Below, one piece after another: positions 9,863 to 18,459 of a DNA stretch of 64,000 nt (within the stretch, counting starts at the first letter, position 1; each line of letters starts with the position of its first letter). The notes under the pieces are model-generated. The model had not been told where the DNA came from. It did not search any database and saw nothing but the letters and a program-made list of their open reading frames with translations. Source of the DNA: a phage. The stretch lies in the sequence record PZ445447.1. The stretch is one strand, 5' to 3'. Both the position numbers and the translations under genes were made by a program.

Positions 9863-9910
9863 GATTATTTTTAGATGGCCTTGACTCCAGGGCCATCAAT
9901 AAAGTAAACT
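9863..9910 (+). repeat. repeated terminator/promoter stem-loop cassette (copy 2 of 3)
   Basis: gattatttttagatggccttgactccagggccatcaataaagtaaact directly after the stop of the upstream gene. Confidence 0.55.
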
Positions 9911-9951
9911 TTATACTGTTAACACTGAACTAATGCATAGGAGTTAAAACC

Positions 9952-10197
9952 ATGGCAGCACTAATCACCAAATATTATGCCCCTACCAACACCAAAAGCG
10001 CCCGTATCATGGTAAAAGGATTCGGACGTAAAAAGGTGTACACCTGGGATTATGCCTTAGACACGGAAGACAACTACACCAACGCGATGACCGATTTTAT
10101 TAATGATCTGAACACGCGGATCTTGACAAATTATAAAATTACCGATATTGCCTATATAGGGGAAGGCGGGATCTGTTTTGTCGGTATCGTCAAATAA
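9952..10197 (+). CDS. hypothetical protein
   Basis: ORF with taggagttaaaacc RBS (same RBS string recurs at 14551). Confidence 0.55.
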   Translation: MAALITKYYAPTNTKSARIMVKGFGRKKVYTWDYALDTEDNYTNAMTDFINDLNTRILTNYKITDIAYIGEGGICFVGIVK

Positions 10198-10272
10198 GCT
10201 GTTTTTTCGGTGGTCCTGGTAGCAGGGCCATCTATAAAGATAGTTTATCAATACAATGAAAGGAGAAAGTAC

Positions 10273-10626
10273 ATGATCAGCGGGGCAAGTTTTATTATTG
10301 GCGCTATTGCTACGGCTTTAATTGTAAACAAGATCCAATCTAAAAACGAAAAAGATAGCAACGCCCTTACAGAATACCCGTTTTGGGTATTCAACGACAA
10401 TGAAGACTATATTATCAAGTACAAGAATGAGAAGGGCGACCAGGTAACACCGCGACCGATCCCGGCTTACAAGATGCAAGAAACACTATACCGCCTAAAG
10501 GCTGGAGGCGCAAAAATCGTAGACTTTTGGGGATACGATCACACAGATCAGGAAGTTATAAAGCGCCGTATCCGGGCTATTCAGGCCAATATTGAAGTTA
10601 GCAAGGGGGGAATATATGAAGATTAA
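10273..10626 (+). CDS. membrane-anchored hypothetical protein
   Basis: ATG 10273 after gaaaggagaaagtac; N-terminal TM helix ISGASFIIGAIATALIV. Confidence 0.5.
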   Translation: MISGASFIIGAIATALIVNKIQSKNEKDSNALTEYPFWVFNDNEDYIIKYKNEKGDQVTPRPIPAYKMQETLYRLKAGGAKIVDFWGYDHTDQEVIKRRIRAIQANIEVSKGGIYED

Positions 10627-10813
10627 TTTTGAGAAGATTGTAAAGCGATCTCATGCTTCCGAAGAGCTGCCGGAACGCCGCCAGCGCAACAATAAACTGA
10701 ATAAGCCAAAAAGATTTGGGAAGATCTGGCGGAATCATTATGATCGCAAATTACCGGGCCTGCTTTTGGAACGTGAACGACAGGCGGAACGATACCGCCA
10801 CAAAGGCAAATAA
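10616..10813 (+). CDS. basic hypothetical protein
   Basis: ATG 10616 after aagggggg; Arg/Lys-rich. Confidence 0.4.
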   Translation: MKINFEKIVKRSHASEELPERRQRNNKLNKPKRFGKIWRNHYDRKLPGLLLERERQAERYRHKGK

Positions 10814-10821
10814 CAACCAAC

Positions 10822-10850
10822 GCCCCGCCATTGTGCGGGGCTTTTTATTT
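10822..10850 (+). terminator. rho-independent terminator
   Basis: hairpin ccccgc-cattgt-gcgggg followed by ctttttattt. Confidence 0.65.
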
Positions 10851-10984
10851 CTATCCTACAAATAGCGCCCCTGGTTGGCCCTGTAAGCGCCAAAAAGGCC
10901 CCACCTATGCAATCGCCCCCCTTTAACCTGAAAACATCGCTTAGGGCCGTTTTATGGCGTTAAAAATATCATTGACAGTGATTT

Positions 10985-11012
10985 TATTTAAAGCTTGACA
11001 TCTTAAACAGGT
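10985..11012 (+). promoter_or_regulatory. sigma70-type promoter
   Basis: TTGACA (10985) - 16 nt - TATACT (11007). Confidence 0.55.
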
Positions 11013-11054
11013 TAGCTATACTAACCACATCAAAGAGAGAAAGGAGTAAACGCC

Positions 11055-11315
11055 ATGCGTAAATTAAAAAATTTTGATAAAGTTGATGTTGTCCTGAATA
11101 ATTTTTACTACTGCAACAACAAGGCCATTTGGTGGCGTGATAGTTCCACCGATAAAGTCAAGGCGCGCTTTCTCCAGGGGCACTGGCAAGGCCGCCCAGT
11201 GATTAAAATCATGGGGCAATTGGTAGCGTTTAAAAATTGCCGCCGTGTTGATGACGTTGAAGAGATCTTGAATATTTTACGCCACAATAATTTAAAAAAT
11301 AGTGTTGACAAGTAA
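11055..11315 (+). CDS. hypothetical protein
   Basis: ORF with gagaaaggagtaaacgcc RBS. Confidence 0.55.
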   Translation: MRKLKNFDKVDVVLNNFYYCNNKAIWWRDSSTDKVKARFLQGHWQGRPVIKIMGQLVAFKNCRRVDDVEEILNILRHNNLKNSVDK

Positions 11316-11389
11316 ATCTCAATAAGTATACTTAAGCACACAGGCGGGAAGTTTTCCCGCCACTAACAAAGAAAATAGGAGAAAATATC

Positions 11390-12013
11390 ATGACCACCGT
11401 TAACATTACCACAGGTTGCAATTTATCTTTCGACGTGCTGACCGACGAACAAAAAGAAAAAGCTATTGAAATGGTCCGCGAAAGAGAAGAACACAGCGGA
11501 GAGGATTTTTTCGCAGAAAGTGTAATTGAATATTATAAAGAACAAGTTTTTCCAGAGTACGGCCTTGAAGATACCGATGTACATTGGTCCGGCTTTTGGT
11601 GTCAAGGCGATGGCGCGTCAATTAGTGCTGAAAATGTAGACTTAGAGAAATTCTTGCGTAAAGTCAAGGCCCTGACCAAGTTCCGATCAATTCGTCACTT
11701 GTTCGGCACAATGCACGATGGCGAACTATCAGCCAGTGTTGAACGCGACAAGTACAGCCATTACAGCCATGAAAACACTGTAAGCGGATATATTGATACT
11801 ACCTGGCTAGATCTGACCGCAAAACAAGAAAATAAAGTAGAAGATCTGGAAGAGCTGATCACCGAGACGGTACGGGAGCTATCCCGCAAGGTTTATGTAG
11901 ACCTGGAGGAGGCCTATCTTGAACAGTTTACTACCGAAAACCTGATCGGCCTTATTGAAGCCAATGATTGGCGGTTTGATGTGGATGAATATGGAGAAAT
12001 GAGTTTTTCATAA
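11390..12013 (+). CDS. hypothetical protein
   Basis: 207 aa; aataggagaaaatatc RBS; upstream TTGACA (11301) and hairpin gcgggaagttttcccgcc. Confidence 0.6.
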   Translation: MTTVNITTGCNLSFDVLTDEQKEKAIEMVREREEHSGEDFFAESVIEYYKEQVFPEYGLEDTDVHWSGFWCQGDGASISAENVDLEKFLRKVKALTKFRSIRHLFGTMHDGELSASVERDKYSHYSHENTVSGYIDTTWLDLTAKQENKVEDLEELITETVRELSRKVYVDLEEAYLEQFTTENLIGLIEANDWRFDVDEYGEMSFS

Positions 12014-12104
12014 ATAAAGTGTTGCAATAATCTAAAAACCTGCTATATTAAAACTTAAGGGGGCGAGATGACTTGCCCCCACACAAAACAAAGAGGAAAA
12101 CATC

Positions 12105-12485
12105 ATGAAAAACACTACTAAAGCTATTGACACCGTTATGTTTAACCTGGTTACATTCCGTGAAGATATGAAAGATCTTCCACGTGAAACAGTGTGCGAC
12201 CATATCGAAAACTATCGCAAACTAATCAAAGAGTTGCCTTTAAAACGTGACCAGTACGCGGCTAACGCTATGCTTAACGCCATGATCAAGAAAATGATTC
12301 AGTGCGATTTGACTTTAGCTTATGATTATGCAGGTGGTCGTTTTGCAGTATACAATCAGCCCGTGCCTGGTATGAGCACCACAGAAGAATTGCACGCGTT
12401 AAATCTAAAACAAGACGTATGGGATAACATGCCCCGCGTGGTGGTGTGGGCAGAAAGCGGAAAGATTTACGGCGATAATTTTTAA
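12105..12485 (+). CDS. hypothetical protein
   Basis: ORF with aagaggaaaacatc RBS; upstream hairpin gggggcgagatgacttgccccc. Confidence 0.55.
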   Translation: MKNTTKAIDTVMFNLVTFREDMKDLPRETVCDHIENYRKLIKELPLKRDQYAANAMLNAMIKKMIQCDLTLAYDYAGGRFAVYNQPVPGMSTTEELHALNLKQDVWDNMPRVVVWAESGKIYGDNF

Positions 12486-12494
12486 TCAGGTAAC

Positions 12495-12522
12495 AGGCGG
12501 CATATTTGCCGCCTTATTGTTA
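12495..12522 (+). terminator. putative rho-independent terminator
   Basis: hairpin aggcggca-tatt-tgccgcct followed by T-rich tail. Confidence 0.5.
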
Positions 12523-12549
12523 AACAGAACTGCAAAAGAGGTACATAGA

Positions 12550-12921
12550 ATGGAATTTATTATTTTGGCTGTAGTAGTTGCCTTGTTCAACGCCTGGATC
12601 GCTGGCAAGATGGGTAGATCCGCTTTTCTATGGTTTGTTATATCTATTTTCCTGGGAGTGGTTGCAACTATTGTATTGGTTATCCTTGCAATTGTTGACA
12701 AGGGGAATAATAGAAAGGGTAAAGTATTTTCAGACCTGTACGACGCTCAAACGTTTGTCAACGCCTATTATAGTGATCTTCCAGTCTCCCTACGTTGCAG
12801 CCTTGCACAACAGGTTTTCGATGAAGCTAAAACCAGAGATCACGCCCATGAGATTTGTTTAACTGAGGCGGATCGCCTATTTGAGAGGAATAGAAAATAT
12901 GTGGACCAGCCGTTTAAATAA
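12550..12921 (+). CDS. membrane protein (two TM helices)
   Basis: ATG 12550 after aaagaggtacataga; two hydrophobic helices in first 50 aa. Confidence 0.5.
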   Translation: MEFIILAVVVALFNAWIAGKMGRSAFLWFVISIFLGVVATIVLVILAIVDKGNNRKGKVFSDLYDAQTFVNAYYSDLPVSLRCSLAQQVFDEAKTRDHAHEICLTEADRLFERNRKYVDQPFK

Positions 12922-13399
12922 TGCCACGTTAATTAACCCCTTTAGTGAAGATTTGAAGCCAGCCGCCTGGCGGGATGGATTCAATAACGAAAGCTTTATT
13001 TTCAGGCCTGATCTTAAGGAATTTTATAACAATGGATCGAACAACGACAGAGATAATTTTTCTTGTAATGTGCGTGGTGATAATACTCCTGGGGGCCATT
13101 GCAAACCACGTCACTGCTAACAGGAGGAAAGGGGGAGACGATGACACCCAAGGATAAGCCCCGCACCGATAAGGCGCGCCGTGTTATGGTATGGCTTGAG
13201 ATCATCGCCCTTGAAATATTGTTAGGCGTAGGGATGTATTTTATCGCTGTAAGTAACTGATAACGGCCCCGATCCCTGGGGCCTAACTTTTCAAATTTTT
13301 TCTCCCTGAGTGTTGCAATCCGATCCAGAATATGGATAATAACAATCAACGGGGAGACACTCCCCACCGCATAGACAAAGTTCCAAAAGGAGAAACAAA

Positions 13400-13600
13400 A
13401 TGAGCAACAATATCCGCGTTATTAACTTCAAAAAAGAAGAAAAAATTGCCGTGCTGATTGACGGTCAAGAAATCTTTAAAGGTGATTATGAAGATCATCA
13501 AACGGCGATTAGTATCACTCGCGTGATTGGTTACCATAATTTTTACCCTCAAGGCGCTGAGGCAGCAGTAAAACGAATTAAAGAGATTGTAGGCCTGTAA
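13400..13600 (+). CDS. hypothetical protein
   Basis: ORF with aaaaggagaaacaaa RBS. Confidence 0.55.
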   Translation: MSNNIRVINFKKEEKIAVLIDGQEIFKGDYEDHQTAISITRVIGYHNFYPQGAEAAVKRIKEIVGL

Positions 13601-13602
13601 AA

Positions 13603-13650
13603 TTTATTTTTAGATGGCCTTGACTCCAGGGCCATCAATAAAGTAAATTT
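13603..13650 (+). repeat. repeated terminator/promoter stem-loop cassette (copy 3 of 3)
   Basis: aatttatttttagatggccttgactccagggccatcaataaagtaaattt directly after the upstream stop. Confidence 0.55.
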
Positions 13651-13691
13651 AAACCCTGTTAAAATAATCAGTGCAAAAAGGAGTAATGATC

Positions 13692-13991
13692 ATGTTTATC
13701 CAGGCTAATAATCTTTATTTCTTTGATGGTCAGATCGTAGACGGCGTGGAGGTGGAAATCACCGGGTGCCCTGGCGGTCAGGTTATGACTTTTCGGAATA
13801 ATGCCTTTGATGATTCTCATATCGTTATGAGAATGGAAGTTAGTAAGCTGGATGACAAGAAAACACTTATCGACTATTCCGTCAAAGATCATCCAGACTA
13901 CCACATGATCTATGGTGATTTGTGCATTGTTGACCGTGACAAGGTGGGCGGCATTGTGATCGCTATTGTGAACGATGTTTTCTCAAACTAA
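13692..13991 (+). CDS. hypothetical protein
   Basis: ATG 13692 about 10 nt after aaaaaggag RBS. Confidence 0.5.
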   Translation: MFIQANNLYFFDGQIVDGVEVEITGCPGGQVMTFRNNAFDDSHIVMRMEVSKLDDKKTLIDYSVKDHPDYHMIYGDLCIVDRDKVGGIVIAIVNDVFSN

Positions 13992-14008
13992 TTTCAGCAG
14001 GTGATTTT

Positions 14009-14359
14009 ATGAAAGTAAAACTATATTACCTTAATGAGCTTAACCCCCTTGCCCAGGTCCGCGCCCTGGCTAATACCTTGATTTGTGAGAAATCTGTATA
14101 TTGTGTTGAGCTTAACGCCATGCGTGAACGTCTCAAAGGTGGTTACTTTGACATCCATGCTGCAATCAACGGCCTGAATATGGAATTTATCCGCTTACGT
14201 AACAGCCGCCAGAATCTGGCAAGAATGGAACAAGATCCGGCCCACCTTCGTAAGCTGGTTATTGAAAATCATCTGATGTTTAATGCCGATGGTGATTATT
14301 ACCATTTTCACCGTAAACGCTGGTACCGTAGCGGCAATATAGGAAAGAATGCAAAATAA
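14009..14359 (+). CDS. hypothetical protein
   Basis: ORF with gcaggtgatttt RBS. Confidence 0.55.
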   Translation: MKVKLYYLNELNPLAQVRALANTLICEKSVYCVELNAMRERLKGGYFDIHAAINGLNMEFIRLRNSRQNLARMEQDPAHLRKLVIENHLMFNADGDYYHFHRKRWYRSGNIGKNAK

Positions 14360-14394
14360 GGCCCCTGGCAGGGCCTGCAGCGATATAATCACAT

Positions 14395-14428
14395 AAAGGC
14401 TATGCGGTTGCATAGCCTTTATTATTTT
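14395..14428 (+). terminator. putative rho-independent terminator
   Basis: hairpin aaaggctatgc-ggtt-gcatagccttt followed by attatttt. Confidence 0.55.
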
Positions 14429-14565
14429 GGCGTTACAGCGGCCCCCAAGGCGCTTAAAAAATTTTTAAAGAAGTACTTGCATCAAGTCCTACAATATGGA
14501 TAATAAAGGGTGTCGGGGGGCGGGGAGGCCTCCAATCATTAACCGGATAGATAGGAGTTAAAACC

Positions 14566-14850
14566 ATGGCTATTGTTACCGTTGGCGATGTAATAGAAAT
14601 GGAAGCCAAATACTTAAAAGCTGGTATGCATATCATACGGAATGATCAAGAATTGTTATTAACCATGGTTGAATATAATCCCGGTCAGGATTATCCAAGC
14701 ATTGACTACTTTTTCCAGTATGTTGATGAAGAATTAAAAGAGGATGAGGCTTATCAGGGTGAATTTTGTAATTTCTTTTGCTCTGATGAGGTTGTAAAAG
14801 TTATCTATCAACCTGGCGTACCTTTCCCGCTGCACGCTATCAATAAATAA
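14566..14850 (+). CDS. hypothetical protein
   Basis: ORF with ataggagttaaaacc RBS. Confidence 0.55.
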   Translation: MAIVTVGDVIEMEAKYLKAGMHIIRNDQELLLTMVEYNPGQDYPSIDYFFQYVDEELKEDEAYQGEFCNFFCSDEVVKVIYQPGVPFPLHAINK

Positions 14851-14906
14851 ACCTGGCGGGGCCGAAAAGGCCCCCCAATTATGAAAATAAAGAGAGGCAA
14901 ATCATC

Positions 14907-15140
14907 ATGATGGAACAAATTAAACGCGCCGAGGCTATTAATGGCAACGTGATCTATTTTGTCAGCAAAAACGAAAAAGGCGTACCCTATGCGGCTGTAA
15001 TAGTACAGCCTGACGGCGATTATTGGTGCACTGTGTACGGCGCTTATTCTTTTGGGCGTCCAGTGCATGATAAAATTTTGAAAGTAGCGAACCCTACCGG
15101 GAAAAATATTACAGCAGAAAAATTTTTTGAAAATAGTTGA
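14907..15140 (+). CDS. hypothetical protein
   Basis: ORF with aagagaggcaaatcatc RBS. Confidence 0.55.
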   Translation: MMEQIKRAEAINGNVIYFVSKNEKGVPYAAVIVQPDGDYWCTVYGAYSFGRPVHDKILKVANPTGKNITAEKFFENS

Positions 15141-15215
15141 CATGACCTTATAAGACTGTAGAATATAAATCAAAGGGGGCAACAAGCCCCACCAACCACA
15201 AAGAGGATAAAAATC

Positions 15216-15395
15216 ATGGCTATTATTGCAAAGACTGAGATCGTAGGCTTAGATTCTATTCTCCTCGCATATGAGGAAGCTATAGAAATGTATGTGGTTT
15301 CCTATGGTGAATATATCCGTGAATATAAATCTATTGATCTAGCTTTTGAATGTTATATTCGCCAGGTCAATAAAGCATATGATGATTATCGTTAA
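15216..15395 (+). CDS. small hypothetical protein (59 aa)
   Basis: ATG after aagaggataaaaatc RBS; upstream TTGACA at about 15137 and hairpin gggggcaacaagcccc. Confidence 0.4.
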   Translation: MAIIAKTEIVGLDSILLAYEEAIEMYVVSYGEYIREYKSIDLAFECYIRQVNKAYDDYR

Positions 15396-15813
15396 AATAG
15401 TTTGACAACAGTCAACAATCTGGTAAAGTGTACTACATAGCGCGGGAATACTTCCCGCCATTAATGAGGGTAATTTAATGAAAACTTTCAACGCAACAGC
15501 CTCGACAATTGGTTATATTATTACAGTACAGGCCGTGGATCTGGTAGCAGCAGCAAACAAGATTAAAAAGATGATTCCGCCAGGTAGTGAATTTTCCGTT
15601 TGGGAAGTAAAATAAATCTTGACAATAGTTTATTACTTGATAGACTGTATTTCGTAGGGCGGGGCAATAAGGCAACGCCCATTAATGAGGGTAGAATCAT
15701 GTTAGAGAAAATTTTCACGGTTGTAGTAGTTGGCCTGGCATTATCGGTTGGAGTGGTTGCAACTATGGCTAACATGATCCTATCTTCCCACGGTATCGGT
15801 TAAGGTGAATCAA

Positions 15814-16029
15814 ATGATCACGAATAAGACAGGTAAAACAGAATTTTTACGCGGCTTGCAAATAGGTAAGCCTGAGATCTGGCATTGCACTAAAACACCA
15901 CGTGACGAAATGAAAGACTTCACCGCCACGCTGCAACGGGTAAAGATATCCATCACGCAGAAAAAGGCCTTGATAGTGGTGGAAGGTGAGATCCCTCAAA
16001 CCGTTGTTATAGTTGAGCGTACAGCATAG
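15814..16029 (+). CDS. hypothetical protein
   Basis: ATG 15814 after aaggtga RBS (track ORF begins at an upstream GTG). Confidence 0.45.
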   Translation: MITNKTGKTEFLRGLQIGKPEIWHCTKTPRDEMKDFTATLQRVKISITQKKALIVVEGEIPQTVVIVERTA

Positions 16030-16120
16030 TTTAATTTATAGCGATACCTGAAAATTAACCAATAAATCATAAACAGGCGGTTACCGCCGCCTTAAACGTA
16101 GCAGAAAGAGGCTAGACACA

Positions 16121-16405
16121 ATGAAAAAGATGATCGCAGTAGTTGCCCTGGTTGTTGGACTTAATGCGCCTGTAATGGCTAAAGAGCTGGCAAAAGAGGT
16201 TAATCTAACGGATATCCATGCCGTCAATCAAATCGGGGTTACTTATCGCTTATGCCTTGCCGCTAAAACTTTTAATGACGGCACAACAGAGTACTACGGA
16301 TTCGAGGGTATCCGGTGCGGTGAGCTTGCTCGCGACCTTAAGGAAGATCCAGACCTGGAAGATCTGCCCATCACCGTAAACGGTAAAGCTTACGTAAACC
16401 GTTAA
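16121..16405 (+). CDS. secreted/periplasmic hypothetical protein
   Basis: N-terminal signal peptide MKKMIAVVALVVGLNAPVMA; agaaagaggctagacaca RBS. Confidence 0.6.
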   Translation: MKKMIAVVALVVGLNAPVMAKELAKEVNLTDIHAVNQIGVTYRLCLAAKTFNDGTTEYYGFEGIRCGELARDLKEDPDLEDLPITVNGKAYVNR

Positions 16406-16554
16406 CCGTGAAAAAGATAATCATTACCTTGGGGATTGTGGCGGGATCGCTGGCGCTCTTTCCCCTTATGGTTAGATATGTGCTGATCAGTATTGTCCTG
16501 GTGGTCAGTGATCTACTAGAAACGGTTGGCACCTTGTTTTAAAGAGCGATAAAA

Positions 16555-16746
16555 ATGAATGTTGAACAAGTTAGAAAGGTATTGGCGGTACTGCGTTATC
16601 ATAATCATAGAAAGGTCATAGACGATCCTGATTATGTTGATTCAAGTCTGGAAGAGGATACACTACAAGCCATAAGTAACATGCAAGAATTGCTAAAGCG
16701 CATGACAGAGAAAAACCGACCGGACTACATAGGCGAAAAAATATAA
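16555..16746 (+). CDS. hypothetical protein
   Basis: ORF in array; weak RBS. Confidence 0.45.
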   Translation: MNVEQVRKVLAVLRYHNHRKVIDDPDYVDSSLEEDTLQAISNMQELLKRMTEKNRPDYIGEKI

Positions 16747-16957
16747 TCCTTATTAACTAGAAAACAGGGCTTGCAATGGTCCTGTTTTTTGTTATACTTA
16801 TTACACGGCAGGCACCTGGCGACGGGGGGAGACAATCACCGGGCCTGCCTGTCATATAAGAACTATAAAAACCGTTGACATCTGCCAGGTGGTGGGGTAA
16901 CATTTATCTTGAAGGGGCAAAAGTGCCCACACAACAACCAGAAGAGAGGAAAACATT

Positions 16958-17230
16958 ATGTCAAGCTGGATTAATCAAGAAGTCGAATCACGTTTTAATG
17001 CTATTTGGGATCTCATCGAAAAAGAGGACGGAACATCAAGCCCTTATCTCAATAATCTTGAATTCCATTTCGTGGAAGCGATGAACGCAGAACATGATCA
17101 CGAAGGTGGTGCGGATGAGTTCGCTAAAGGGTATGGCTTCAACAATGCCAACGAAATGATCGAGGCGGTTGTACTCCAGGCTGAGGAAGATTATCAATTA
17201 AAAACGCTTGAATTCTGCCGCCGTAAGTAA
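16958..17230 (+). CDS. acidic hypothetical protein
   Basis: ORF with gaagagaggaaaacatt RBS; preceded by TTGACA (16877) and hairpins. Confidence 0.55.
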   Translation: MSSWINQEVESRFNAIWDLIEKEDGTSSPYLNNLEFHFVEAMNAEHDHEGGADEFAKGYGFNNANEMIEAVVLQAEEDYQLKTLEFCRRK

Positions 17231-17290
17231 TAAGATAATGACACGGGCCAAAAGGCCCACTAATCAGAACCACACAAAGAGAGAAAGAAA

Positions 17291-17509
17291 ATGACAACCC
17301 GTAAAATTAAAGTTGTTTGCATTGAATCGACTGGGGGCGCTTTTGTAGTTGGTCAGGAATATAATGCGGTTTTAATGGGTACGGATTGGAAGGTTAAAGG
17401 CCTTAATGGTTACGAGTACGGCACTACTTGCGGCTTGCGTGGTCGAATCGGATACGTGAGTTTAGACAACAAAGAAAAATTTGTTTTCGACACCGTTGTG
17501 AGTAAATAG
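17291..17509 (+). CDS. hypothetical protein
   Basis: ORF with aaagagagaaagaaa RBS. Confidence 0.55.
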   Translation: MTTRKIKVVCIESTGGAFVVGQEYNAVLMGTDWKVKGLNGYEYGTTCGLRGRIGYVSLDNKEKFVFDTVVSK

Positions 17510-17587
17510 CATGAATTGCTAAAGACTGATCTGCGAACTGCTGTATTATCAACTAATCAAAACGAACCGCATAAAGAGGAAAACATC

Positions 17588-17851
17588 ATGAAACGTCTGG
17601 ATCAGCTTAAATTAGTTCAGTACATGGCCTACAGAATTCTTGAAGTCCAAAAAGGTAGCAAAAAAGAGGTTTGCGAGAAAGCTTATAAGATCTTTACTCG
17701 CAAAAAAGATGACTGGATGCTACGCCAGACCAAAAAATCCGATATCCTGGGGTACCTGGAAGAAGAGATCCGGCTTGAAGAACAAGAAGAGATCCGCCGC
17801 AGTGAGGCAGATTATCAGGCAGCTTGGGAAAACTGGATGAGCAACAAATAA
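17588..17851 (+). CDS. hypothetical protein
   Basis: ATG 17588 after cataaagaggaaaacatc RBS. Confidence 0.5.
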   Translation: MKRLDQLKLVQYMAYRILEVQKGSKKEVCEKAYKIFTRKKDDWMLRQTKKSDILGYLEEEIRLEEQEEIRRSEADYQAAWENWMSNK

Positions 17852-17995
17852 TACAACAAGTTACGGTCAGGGGGGTAATAAAGCCCCTTGATCACATAAA
17901 AATTATGCTATCCCTGGTTGACAGGGATCGGCAGTTTTGCTATATTCTTTTTTGAAGGGGAGTTGTAAGAAAATTAACTAAGAGGTAAAAACACC

Positions 17996-18415
17996 ATGAA
18001 CATTAAATCTAATAATCCGGCATATAGCTTTGATAACGCTTTTTGTCACGGTCCGGCGGCGAAAGGATTCGAAATCGATGGTAAACTAATTATTGTCAAT
18101 GTTGACGGGGAAGAGGTTGCAGTATATCCGGTGGCAGACGTTAAAAGCCGTCTACAATGCCGCATGGATGTTACCGCCTATCAGCTTGATCCGGTCCGCA
18201 TAGTTGCCCTGGTCCTGGAAGAAGAAATTAAAGCCATGCACCATAGCAACAGATTTATTGGTGACGCGCAGGATAATATGAAAGTATGCCGCCATAAAGT
18301 TAATGAAGTGCTTAAAGAGTACGGCTATAAAGATCTTATGATCAAACGCGAGGAAAAATTCCGCTACCGTAACGACCTGGCAAATCGGATTTTTGAAATA
18401 TACGAATCATTATAA
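17996..18415 (+). CDS. hypothetical protein
   Basis: 139 aa; ctaagaggtaaaaacacc RBS; promoter TTGACA (about 17920) - 17 nt - TATATT with the -35 inside hairpin ccctggTTGACAggga. Confidence 0.6.
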   Translation: MNIKSNNPAYSFDNAFCHGPAAKGFEIDGKLIIVNVDGEEVAVYPVADVKSRLQCRMDVTAYQLDPVRIVALVLEEEIKAMHHSNRFIGDAQDNMKVCRHKVNEVLKEYGYKDLMIKREEKFRYRNDLANRIFEIYESL

Positions 18416-18434
18416 TTTTTTAACTGAATTATCA

Positions 18435-18459
18435 AGGGGCTTAGGCCCCTTTCTTTTTG
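18435..18459 (+). terminator. rho-independent terminator
   Basis: hairpin aggggc-ttag-gcccct followed by ttctttttg. Confidence 0.6.
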
